Made by a program: the position numbers and the translations under genes. A stretch of DNA of 64,000 nt from Eledone cirrhosa (taxonomy: Eukaryota): the NCBI GenBank assembly GCA_964016885.1, contig OZ024758.1, forward strand, positions 37,014,001 to 37,078,000, in the 5' to 3' direction. Below the pieces are notes generated by a model. That model did not search any database. It worked only from the letters and a program-made list of their open reading frames with translations, and was not told the DNA's origin. Positions 27,201-39,530 of this stretch are shown here, one piece after another. Numbering within the stretch: the stretch's first letter is position 1; each line of letters begins with the position of its first letter.

Positions 27201-30200
27201 TGGTATTAGCTGTCAGAAGTCACTCCACTGTTGGTGAGAATTCATTTAAGTTCATGGTACTAGCTGTCAGAAGTAACCGCAATGTTGGTGAGAATTCATT
27301 TAAGTTCATGGTATTAGCTGTCAGAAGTCACTCCAATGTTGGTGAGAATTCATTTAAGTTCATGGTATTAGCTGTCAGAAGTAACTCCACTGTTGGTGAG
27401 AATTCATTTAAGTTCATGGTATTAGCTGTCAGAAGTCACTCCACTGTTGGTGAGAATTCATTTAAGTTCATGGTATTAGCTGTCAGAAGTAACTCCACTG
27501 TTGGTGAGAATTCATTTAAGTTCATGGTATTAGCTGTCAGAAGGAACTCCACTGTTGGTGAGAATTCATTTAAGTCTTGGTGTTAGTTGTCAGAAGTAAC
27601 TCCAATGTTGGTGAGAATTCATTTAAGTTCATGGTACTAGCTGTCAGAAGTAACTCCACTGTTGGTGAGAATTCATTTAAGTTCATGGTACTAGCTGTCA
27701 GAAGTAACTCCAATGTTGGTGAGAATTCATTTAAGTTCATGGTATTAGCTGTCAGAAGTAACTCCAATGTTGGTGAGAATTCATTTAAGTTCATGGTATT
27801 AGCTGTCAGAAGGAACTCCACTGTTGGTGAGAATTCATTTAAGTCTTGGTATTAGTTGTCAGAAGTAACTCCAATGTTGGTGAGAATTCATTTAAGTTCA
27901 TGGTACTAGCTGCCAGAAGTAACTCCACTGTTGGTGAGAATTCATTTAAGTTCATGGTACTAGCTGTCAGAAGTAACTCCAATGTTGGTGAGAATTCATT
28001 TAAGTTCATGGTATTAGCTGTCAGAAGTAACTCCACTGTTGGTGAGAATTCATTTAAGTTCATGGTACTAGCTGTCAGAAGTAACTCCACTGTTGGTGAG
28101 AATTCATTTAAGTTCATGGTATTAGCTGTCAGAAGTAACTCCACTGTTGGTGAGAATTCATTTAAGTTCATGGTATTAGCTGTCAGAAGGAACTCCACTG
28201 TTGGTGAGAATTCATTTAAGTCTTGGTGTTAGCTGTCAGAAGTCACTCCACTGTTGGTGAGAATTCATTTAAGTTCATGGTATTAGCTGTTAGAAGTCAC
28301 TCCACTGTTGGTGAGAATTCATTTAAGTTCATGGTACTAGCTGTCAGAAGTAACCCCAATGTTGGTGAGAATTCATTTAAGTTCATGGTATTAGCTGTCA
28401 GAAGTCACTCCAATGTTGGTGAGAATTCATTTAAGTTCATGGTATTAGCTGTCAGAAGTAACTCCACTGTTGGTGAGAATTCGTTTAAGTTCATGGTATT
28501 AGCTGTCAGAAGCAACTCCACTGTTGGTGAGAATTCATTTAAGTTCATGGTATTAGCTGTCAGAAGTAACTCCACTGTTGGTGAGAATTCATTTAAGTTC
28601 ATGGTATTAGCTGTCAGAAGGAACTCCAATGTTGGTGAGAATTCATTTAAGTCATGGTACTAGCTGTCAGAAGTAACTCCACTGTTGGTGAGAATTCATT
28701 TAAGTTCATGGTATTAGCTGTCAGAAGGAACTCCACTGTTGGTGAGAATTCATTTAAGTTCATGGTATTAGCTGTCAGAAGTAACTCCACTGTTGGTGAG
28801 AATTCATTTAAGTTCATGGTACTAGTTGTCAGAAGTAACTCCACTGTTGGTGAGAATTCATTTAAGTTCATGGTATTAGTTCGTCAGAAGTAACTCCACT
28901 GTTGGTGAGAATTCATTTAAGTCATGGTATTAGTTGTCAGAAGTAACTCCAATGTTGGTGAGAATTCATTTAAGTCATGGTACTAGCTGTCAGAAGTAAC
29001 TCCAATGTTGGTGAGAATTCATTTAAGTTCATGGTATTAGCTGTCAGAAGGAACTCCACTGTTGGTGAGAATTCATTTAAGTTCATGGTACTAGCTGTCA
29101 GAAGTAACTCTAATGTTGGTGAGAATTCATTTAAGTTCATGGTATTAGCTGTCACAAGGAACTCCACTGTTGGTGAGAATTCATTTAAGTCATGGTATTA
29201 GCTGTCAGAAGTAAATCCAATGTTGGTGAGAATTCATTTAAGTTCATGGTATTAGCTGTCAGAAGTAACTCCACTGTTGGTGAGAATTCATTTAAGTTCA
29301 TGGTATTAGCTGTCAGAAGGAACTCCAATGTTGATGAGAATTCATTTAAGTCATGGTACTAGCTGTCAGAAGTAACTCCACTGTTGGTGAGAATTCATTT
29401 AAGTTCATGGTATTAGCTGTCAGAAGTAACTCCACTGTTGGTGAGAATTCATTTAAGTTCATGGTACTAGCTGTCAGAAGTAACTCCACTGTTGGTGAGA
29501 ATTCATTTAAGTTCATGGTACTAGCTGTCAGAAGTAACTCCAATGTTGGTGAGAATTCATTTAAGTTCATGGTATTAGCTGTCAGAAGTAACTCCAATGT
29601 TGGTGAGAATTCATTTAAGTTCATGGTATTAGCTGTCAGAAGGAACTCCACTGTTGGTGAGAATTCATTTAAGTCTTGGTATTAGTTGTCAGAAGTAACT
29701 CCAATGTTGGTGAGAATTCATTTAAGTTCATGGTACTAGCTGTCAGAAGTAACTCCACTGTTGGTGAGAATTCATTTAAGTTCATGGTACTAGCTGTCAG
29801 AAGTAACTCCAATGTTGGTGAGAATTCATTTAAGTTCATTGTATTAGCTGTCAGAAGTAACTCCACTGTTGGTGAGAATTCATTTAAGTTCATGTTACTA
29901 GCTGTCAGAAGTAACTCCACTGTTGGTGAGAATTCATTTAAGTTCATGGTATTAGCTGTCAGAAGTAACTCCACTGTTGGTGAGAATTCATTTAAGTTCA
30001 TGGTACTAGCTGTCAGAAGTAACCCCAATGTTGGTGAGAATTCATTTAAGTTCATGGTATTAGCTGTCAGAAGTCACTCCAATGTTGGTGAGAATTCATT
30101 TAAGTTCATGGTATTAGCTGTCAGAAGTCACTCCACTGTTGGTGAGAATTCATTTAAGTTCATGGTACTAGCTGTCAGAAGTAACCCCAATGTTGGTGAG

Positions 30201-32046
30201 AATTCATTTAAGTTCATGGTATTAGCTGTCAGAAGTCACTCCAATGTTGGTGAGAATTCATTTAAGTTCATGGTATTAGCTGTCAGAAGTAACTCCATGT
30301 TGGTGAGAATTCATTTAAGTTCATGGTATTAGCTGTCAGAAGTAACTCCACTGTTGGTGAGAATTCATTTAAGTTCATGGTATTAGCTGTCAGAAGTAAC
30401 TCCACTGTTGGTGAGAATTCATTTAAGTTCATGGTATTAGCTGTCAGAAGGAACTCCACTGTTGGTGAGAATTCATTTAAGTCTTGGTGTTAGTTGTCAG
30501 AAGTAACTCCAATGTTGGTGAGAATTCATTTAAGTTCATGGTACTAGCTGTCAGAAGTAACTCCACTGTTGGTGAGAATTCATTTAAGTTCATGGTACTA
30601 GCTGTCAGAAGTAACTCCAATGTTGGTGAGAATTCATTTAAGTTCATGGTATTAGCTGTCAGAAGTAACTCCACTGTTGGTGAGAATTCATTTAAGTTCA
30701 TGGTACTAGCTGTCAGAAGTAACTACACTGTGGTTGAGAATTCATTTAAGTTCATGGTATTAGCTGTCAGAAGTAACTCCACTGTTGGTGAGAATTCATT
30801 TAAGTTCATGGTACTAGCTGTCAGAAGTAACCCCAATGTTGGTGAGAATTCATTTAAGGCATGGTATTAGCTGTCAGAAGTCACTCCAATGTTGGTGAGA
30901 ATTCATTTAAGTTCATGGTATTAGCTGTCAGAAGTCACTCCACTGTTGGTGAGAATTCATTTAAGTTCATGGTACTAGCTGTCAGAAGTAACCCCAATGT
31001 TGGTGAGAATTCATTTAAGTTCATGGTATTAGCTGTCAGAAGTCACTCCAATGTTGGTGAGAATTCATATAAGTTCATGGTATTAGCTGTCAGAAGTAAC
31101 TCCACTGTTGGTGAGAATTCATTTAAGTTCATGGTATTAGCTGTCAGAAGTAACTCCACTGTTGGTGAGAATTCATTTAAGTTCATGGTATTAGCTGTCA
31201 GAAGTAACTCCACTGTTGGTGAGAATTCATTTAAGTTCATGGTATTAGCTGTCAGAAGGAACTCCAATGTTGGTGAGAATTCATTTAAGTCATGGTACTA
31301 GCTGTCAGAAGTAACTCCACTGTTGGTGAGAATTCATTTAAGTTCATGATATTAGCTGTCAGAAGTAACTCCACTGTTGGTGAGAATTCATTTAAGTTCA
31401 TGGTACTAGCTGTCAGAAGTAACCCCAATGTTGGTGAGAATTCATTTAAGTTCATGGTATTAGCTGTCAGAAGTCACTCCAATGTTGGTGAGAATTCATT
31501 TAAGTTCATGGTATTAGCTGTCAGAAGTCACTCCACTGTTGGTGAGAATTCATTTAAGTTCATGGTACTAGCTGTCAGAAGTAACCCCAATGTTGGTGAG
31601 AATTCATTTAAGTTCATGGTATTAGCTGTCAGAAGTAACCCCAATGTTGGTGAGAATTCATTTAAGTTCATGGTATTAGCTGTCAGAAGTCACTCCAATG
31701 TTGGTGAGAATTCATTTAAGTTCATGGTATTAGCTGTCAGAAGTCACTCCACTGTTGGTGAGAATTCATTTAAGTTCATGGTACTAGCTGTCAGAAGTAA
31801 CCCCAATGTTGGTGAGAATTCATTTAAGTTCATGGTATTAGCTGTCAGAAGTCACTCCAATGTTGGTGAGAATTCATTTAAGTTCATGGTATTAGCTGTC
31901 AGAAGTAACTCCACTGTTGGTGAGAATTCATTTAAGTTCATGGTATTAGCTGTCAGAAGTAACTCCACTGTTGGTGAGAATTCATTTAAGTTCATGGTAT
32001 TAGCTGTCAGAAGGAACTCCACTGTTGGTGAGAATTCATTTAAGTT

Positions 32047-35000
32047 CATGGTATTAGCTGTCAGAAGGAACTCCAATGTTGGTGAGAATTCATTTAAGTC
32101 ATGGTACTAGCTGTCAGAAGTAACTCCACTGTTGGTGAGAATTCATTTAAGTTCATGGTATTAGCTGTCAGAAGGAACGCCACTGTTGGTGAGAATTCAT
32201 TTAAGTTCATGGTATTAGCTGTCAGAAGTAACTCCACTGTTGGTGAGAATTCATTTAAGTTCATGGTACTAGCTGTCAGAAGTAACTCCAATGTTGGTGA
32301 GAATTCATTTAAGTTCATGGTATTAGCTGTCAGAAGGAACTCCACTGTTGGTGAGAATTCATTTAAATCTTGGTATTAGTTGTCAGAAGTAACTCCAATG
32401 TTGGTGAGAATTCATTTAAGTTCATGGTACTAGCTGTCAGAAGTAACTCCACTGTTGGTGAGAATTCATTTAAGTTCATGGTATTAGCTGTCTGAAGTAA
32501 CTCCACTGTTGGTGAGAATTCATTTAAGTTCATGGTACTAGCTGTCAGAAGTAACCCCAATGTTGGTGAGAATTCATTTAAGTTCATGGTATTAGCTGTC
32601 AGAAGTCACTCCAATGTTGGTGAGAATTCATTTAAGTTCATGGTATTAGCTGTCAGAAGTAACTCCACTGTTGGTGAGAATTCATTTAAGTTCATGGTAC
32701 TAGCTGTCAGAAGTAACCCCAATGTTGGTGAGAATTCATTTAAGTTCATGGTATTAGCTGTCAGAAGTCACTCCACTGTTGGTGAGAATTCATTTAAGTT
32801 CATGGTACTAGCTGTCAGAAGTAACCCCAATGTTGGTGAGAATTCATTTAAGTTCATGGTATTAGCTGTCAGAAGTCACTCCAATGTTGGTGAGAATTCA
32901 TTTAAGTTCATGGTATTAGCTGTCAGAAGTAACTCCACTGTTGGTGAGAATTCATTTAAGTTCATGGTATTAGCTGTCAGAAGTAACTCCACTGTTGGTG
33001 AGAATTCATTTAAGTTCATGGTACTAGCTGTCAGAAGTAACCCCAATGTTGGTGAGAATTCATTTAAGTTCATGGTATTAGCTGTCAGAAGTCACTCCAA
33101 TGTTGGTGAGAATTCATTTAAGTTCATGGTATTAGCTGTCAGAAGTAACTCCACTGTTGGTGAGAATTCATTTAAGTTCATGGTATTAGCTGTCAGAAGT
33201 AACTCCACTGTTGGTGAGAATTCATTTAAGTTCATGGTATTAGCTGTCAGAAGTAACTCCACTGTTGGTGAGAATTCATTTAAGTTCATGGTATTAGCTG
33301 TCAGAAGGAACTCCAATGTTGGTGAGAATTCATTTAAGTCATGGTACTAGCTGTCAGAAGTAACTCCACTGTTGGTGAGAATTCATTTAAGTTCATGGTA
33401 TTAGCTGTCAGAAGGAACGCCACTGTTGGTGAGAATTCATTTAAGTTCATGGTACTAGTTGTCAGAAGTAACTCCACTGTTGGTGAGAATTCATTTAAGT
33501 TCATGGTATTAGCTGTCAGAAGTAACTCCACTGTTGGTGAGAATTCATTTAAGTCATGGTATTAGTTGTCAGAAGTAACTCCAATGTTGGTGAGAATTCA
33601 TTTAAGTTCATGGTTCTAGCTGTCAGAAGTTACTCCACTGTTGGTGAGAATTCATTTAAGTTCATGGTATTAGCTGTCAGAAGTAACTCCACTGTTGGTG
33701 AGAATTCATTTAAGTCATGGTATTAGCTGTCAGAAGTAACTCCATTGTTGGTGAGAATTCATTTAAGTCATGGTACTAGCTGTCAGAAGTAACTCCACTG
33801 TTGGTGAGAATTCATTTAAGTTCATGGTATTAGCTGTCAGAAGGAACTCCACTGTTGGTGAGAATTCATTTAAGTTCATGGTACTAGCTGTCAGAAGTAA
33901 CTCCACTGTTGGTAAGAATTCATTTAAGTTCATGGTATTAGTTCGTCAGAAGTAACTCCACTGTTGGTGAGAATTCATTTAAGTCATGGTATTAGTTGTC
34001 AGAAGTAACTCCAATGTTGGTGAGAATTCATTTAAGTCATGGTACAAGCTGTCAGAAGTAACTCCAATGTTGGTGAGAATTCATTTAAGTTCATGGTATT
34101 AGCTGTCAGAAGGAACTCCACTGTTGGTGAGAATTCATTTAAGTTCATGGTACTAGCTGTCAGAAGTAACTCCAATGTTGGTGAGAATTCATTTAAGTTC
34201 AAGGTATTAGCTGTCAGAAGGAACTCCACTGTTGGTGAGAATTCATTTAAGTCATGGTATTAGCTGTCAGAAGTAACTCCAATGTTGGTGAGAATTCATT
34301 TAAGTTCATGGTATTAGCTGTCAGAAGTAACTCCACTGTTGGTGAGAATTCATTTAAGTTCATGGTATTAGCTGTCAGAAGGAACTCCAATGTTGGTGAG
34401 AATTCATTTAAGTCATGGTACTAGCTGTCAGAAGTAACTCCACTGTTGGTGAGAATTCATTTAAGTTCATGGTATTAGCTGTCAGAAGGAACGCCACTGT
34501 TGGTGAGAATTCATTTAAGTTCATGGTATTAGCTGTCAGAAGTAACTCCACTGTTGGTGAGAATTCATTTAAGTTCATGGTACTAGCTGTCAGAAGTAAC
34601 TCCAATGTTGGTGAGAATTCATTTAAGTTCATGGTATTAGCTGTCAGAAGGAACTCCACTGTTGGTGAGAATTCATTTAAGTTCATGGTATTAGCTGTCA
34701 GAAGGAACTCCAATGTTGGTGAGAATTCATTTAAGTCATGGTACTAGCTGTCAGAAGTAACTCCACTGTTGGTGAGAATTCATTTAAGTTCATGGTATTA
34801 GCTGTCAGAAGGAACGCCACTGTTGGTGAGAATTCATTTAAGTTCATGGTATTAGCTGTCAGAAGGAACTCCAATGTTGGTGAGAATTCATTTAAGTCAT
34901 GGTACTAGCTGTCAGAAGTAACTCCACTGTTGGTGAGAATTCATTTAAGTTCATGGTATTAGCTGTCAGAAGGAACGCCACTGTTGGTGAGAATTCATTT

Positions 35001-38000
35001 AAGTTCATGGTATTAGCTGTCAGAAGTAACTCCACTGTTGGTGAGAATTCATTTAAGTTCATGGTACTAGCTGTCAGAAGTAACTCCAATGTTGGTGAGA
35101 ATTCATTTAAGTTCATGGTATTAGCTGTCAGAAGGAACTCCACTGTTGGTGAGAATTCATTTAAATCTTGGTATTAGTTGTCAGAAGTAACTCCAATGTT
35201 GGTGAGAATTCATTTAAGTTCATGGTACTAGCTGTCAGAAGTAACTCCACTGTTGGTGAGAATTCATTTAAGTTCATGGTATTAGCTGTCAGAAGTAACT
35301 CCACTGTTGGTGAGAATTCATTTAAGTTCATGGTACTAGCTGTCAGAAGTAACCCCAATGTTGGTGAGAATTCATTTAAGTTCATGGTATTAGCTGTCAG
35401 AAGTCACTCCAATGTTGGTGAGAATTCATTTAAGTTCATGGTATTAGCTGTCAGAAGTAACTCCACTGTTGGTGAGAATTCATTTAAGTTCATGGTACTA
35501 GCTGTCAGAAGTAACCCCAATGTTGGTGAGAATTCATTTAAGTTCATGGTATTAGCTGTCAGAAGTCACTCCACTGTTGGTGAGAATTCATTTAAGTTCA
35601 TGGTACTAGCTGTCAGAAGTAACCCCAATGTTGGTGAGAATTCATTTAAGTTCATGGTATTAGCTCTCAGAAGTCACTCCAATGTTGGTGAGAATTCATT
35701 TAAGTTCATGGTATTAGCTGTCAGAAGTAACTCCACTGTTGGTGAGAATTCATTTAAGTTCATGGTATTAGCTGTCAGAAGTAACTCCACTGTTGGTGAG
35801 AATTCATTTAAGTTCATGGTACTAGCTGTCAGAAGTAACCCCAATGTTGGTGAGAATTCATTTAAGTTCATGGTATTAGCTGTCAGAAGTCACTCCAATG
35901 TTGGTGAGAATTCATTTAAGTTCATGGTATTAGCTGTCAGAAGTAACTCCACTGTTGGTGAGAATTCATTTAAGTTCATGGTATTAGCTGTCAGAAGTAA
36001 CTCCACTGTTGGTGAGAATTCATTTAAGTTCATGGTATTAGCTGTCAGAAGTAACTCCACTGTTGGTGAGAATCCATTTAAGTTCATGTTATTAGCTGTC
36101 AGAAGTAACCCCACTGTTGGTGAGAATTCATTTAAGTTCATGGTATTAGCTGTCAGAAGGAACTCCAATGTTGGTGAGAATTCATTTAAGTCATGGTACT
36201 AGCTGTCAGAAGTAACTCCACTGTTGGTGAGAATTCATTTAAGTTCATGGTATTAGCTGTCAGAAGGAACGCCACTGTTGGTGAGAATTCATTTAAGTTC
36301 ATGGTACTAGTTGTCAGAAGTAACTCCACTGTTGGTGAGAATTCATTTAAGTTCATGGTATTAGCTGTCAGAAGTAACTCCACTGTTGGTGAGAATTCAT
36401 TTAAGTCATGGTATTAGTTGTCAGAAGTAACTCCAATGTTGGTGAGAATTCATTTAAGTTCATGGTTCTAGCTGTCAGAAGTAACTCCACTGTTGGTGAG
36501 AATTCATTTAAGTTCATGGTATTAGCTGTCAGAAGTAACTCCACTGTTGGTGAGAATTCATTTAAGTCATGGTATTAGCTGTCAGAAGTAACTCCATTGT
36601 TGGTGAGAATTCATTTAAGTCATGGTACTAGCTGTCAGAAGTAACTCCACTGTTGGTGAGAATTCATTTAAGTTCATGGTATTAGCTGTCAGAAGGAACT
36701 CCACTGTTGGTGAGAATTCATTTAAGTTCATGGTACTAGCTGTCAGAAGTAACTCCACTGTTGGTAAGAATTCATTTAAGTTCATGGTATTAGTTCGTCA
36801 GAAGTAACTCCACTGTTGGTGAGAATTCATTTAAGTCATGGTATTAGTTGTCAGAAGTAACTCCAATGTTGGTGAGAATTCATTTAAGTCATGGTACAAG
36901 CTGTCAGAAGTAACTCCAATGTTGGTGAGAATTCATTTAAGTTCATGGTATTAGCTGTCAGAAGGAACTCCACTGTTGGTGAGAATTCATTTAAGTTCAT
37001 GGTATTAGCTGTCAGAAGGAACGCCACTGTTGGTGAGAATTCATTTAAGTTCATGGTATTAGCTGTCAGAAGTAACTCCACTGTTGGTGAGAATTCATTT
37101 AAGTTCATGGTACTAGCTGTCAGAAGTAACTCCAATGTTGGTGAGAATTCATTTAAGTTCATGGTATTAGCTGTCAGAAGGAACTCCACTGTTGGTGAGA
37201 ATTCATTTAAGTTCATGGTATTAGCTGTCAGAAGGAACTCCAATGTTGGTGAGAATTCATTTAAGTCATGGTACTAGCTGTCAGAAGTAACTCCACTGTT
37301 GGTGAGAATTCATTTAAGTTCATGGTATTAGCTGTCAGAAGGAACGCCACTGTTGGTGAGAATTCATTTAAGTTCATGGTATTAGCTGTCAGAAGGAACT
37401 CCAATGTTGGTGAGAGTTCATTTAAGTCATGGTACTAGCTGTCAGAAGTAACTCCACTGTTGGTGAGAATTCATTTAAGTTCATGGTATTAGCTGTCAGA
37501 AGGAACGCCACTGTTGGTGAGAATTCATTTAAGTTCATGGTATTAGCTGTCAGAAGTAACTCCACTGTTGGTGAGAATTCATTTAAGTTCATGGTACTAG
37601 CTGTCAGAAGTAACTCCAATGTTGGTGAGAATTCATTTAAGTTCATGGTATTAGCTGTCAGAAGGAACTCCACTGTTGGTGAGAATTCATTTAAATCTTG
37701 GTATTAGTTGTCAGAAGTAACTCCAATGTTGGTGAGAATTCATTTAAGTTCATGGTACTAGCTGTCAGAAGTAACTCCACTGTTGGTGAGAATTCATTTA
37801 AGTTCATGGTATTAGCTGTCAGAAGTAACTCCACTGTTGGTGAGAATTCATTTAAGTTCATGGTACTAGCTGTCAGAAGTAACCCCAATGTTGGTGAGAA
37901 TTCATTTAAGTTCATGGTATTAGCTGTCAGATGTCACTCCAATGTTGGTGAGAATTCATTTAAGTTCATGGTATTAGCTGTCAGAAGTAACTCCACTGTT

Positions 38001-39530
38001 GGTGAGAATTCATTTAAGTTCATGGTACTAGCTGTCAGAAGTAACCCCAATGTTGGTGAGAATTCATTTAAGTTCATGGTATTAGCTGTCAGAAGTCACT
38101 CCACTGTTGGTGAGAATTCATTTAAGTTCATGGTACTAGCTGTCAGAAGTAACCCCAATGTTGGTGAGAATTCATTTAAGTTCATGGTATTAGCTGTCAG
38201 AAGTCACTCCAATGTTGGTGAGAATTCATTTAAGTTCATGGTATTAGCTGTCAGAAGTAACTCCACTGTTGGTGAGAATTCATTTAAGTTCATGGTATTA
38301 GCTGTCAGAAGTAACTCCACTGTTGGTGAGAATTCATTTAAGTTCATGGTACTAGCTGTCAGAAGTAACCCCAATGTTGGTGAGAATTCATTTAAGTTCA
38401 TGGTATTAGCTGTCAGAAGTCACTCCAATGTTGGTGAGAATTCATTTAAGTTCATGGTATTAGCTGTCAGAAGTAACTCCACTGTTGGTGAGAATTCATT
38501 TAAGTTCATGGTATTAGCTGTCAGAAGTAACTCCACTGTTGGTGAGAATTCATTTAAGTTCATGGTATTAGCTGTCAGAAGTAACTCCACTGTTGGTGAG
38601 AATCCATTTAAGTTCATGTTATTAGCTGTCAGAAGTAACCCCACTGTTGGTGAGAATTCATTTAAGTTCATGGTATTAGCTGTCAGAAGGAACTCCAATG
38701 TTGGTGAGAATTCATTTAAGTCATGGTACTAGCTGTCAGAAGTAACTCCACTGTTGGTGAGAATTCATTTAAGTTCATGGTATTAGCTGTCAGAAGGAAC
38801 GCCACTGTTGGTGAGAATTCATTTAAGTTCATGGTACTAGTTGTCAGAAGTAACTCCACTGTTGGTGAGAATTCATTTAAGTTCATGGTATTAGCTGTCA
38901 GAAGTAACTCCACTGTTGGTGAGAATTCATTTAAGTCATGGTATTAGTTGTCAGAAGTAACTCCAATGTTGGTGAGAATTCATTTAAGTTCATGGTTCTA
39001 GCTGTCAGAAGTAACTCCACTGTTGGTGAGAATTCATTTAAGTTCATGGTATTAGCTGTCAGAAGTAACTCCACTGTTGGTGAGAATTCATTTAAGTCAT
39101 GGTATTAGCTGTCAGAAGTAACTCCATTGTTGGTGAGAATTCATTTAAGTCATGGTACTAGCTGTCAGAAGTAACTCCACTGTTGGTGAGAATTCATTTA
39201 AGTTCATGGTATTAGCTGTCAGAAGGAACTCCACTGTTGGTGAGAATTCATTTAAGTTCATGGTACTAGCTGTCAGAAGTAACTCCACTGTTGGTAAGAA
39301 TTCATTTAAGTTCATGGTATTAGTTCGTCAGAAGTAACTCCACTGTTGGTGAGAATTCATTTAAGTCATGGTATTAGTTGTCAGAAGTAACTCCAATGTT
39401 GGTGAGAATTCATTTAAGTCATGGTACAAGCTGTCAGAAGTAACTCCAATGTTGGTGAGAATTCATTTAAGTTCATGGTATTAGCTGTCAGAAGGAACTC
39501 CACTGTTGGTGAGAATTCATTTAAGTTCAT
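32047..39530. repeat. Three related ~2.5-2.85-kb higher-order blocks (offsets 2798/2852 and 2530 bp)
   Basis: ORF triplets 32101/34899/37429, 33341/36193/38723, 33770/36622/39152 and 34039/36891/39421. Markers AAATCTTGG, GGTTCTAG, TCCATTG and GGTACAAG are shared; GAGAATCCA occurs only in copies 2 and 3. Confidence 0.88.

Larger units (their letters stand above)
8452..31020. repeat. ~10.2-kb (~189 monomer) duplication: copy A ~8452-18630, copy B ~20843-31020
   Basis: ORF pairs are offset by 12391 (8721/21112 to 13032/25423), then 12444 (13786/26230 to 17232/29676), then 12443 (18041/30484). Many private variants are shared in order: GCTATC x2, TCATCTAAG, AACACC, AAGATC, TTTGTGAG, AAGTCCATG, AATACA, AACCGC, GCTGCC, GTTGATGAG, TACACTGTGGTT. 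Confidence 0.93.

Noticed and set aside
30291-30300. Private 1-bp deletion (AACTCCATGT), and a similar one at ~53080 (GAGATTC)
   Set aside because: Both are singletons absent from the homologous duplicate copies and cannot be distinguished from sequencing or consensus indel errors.
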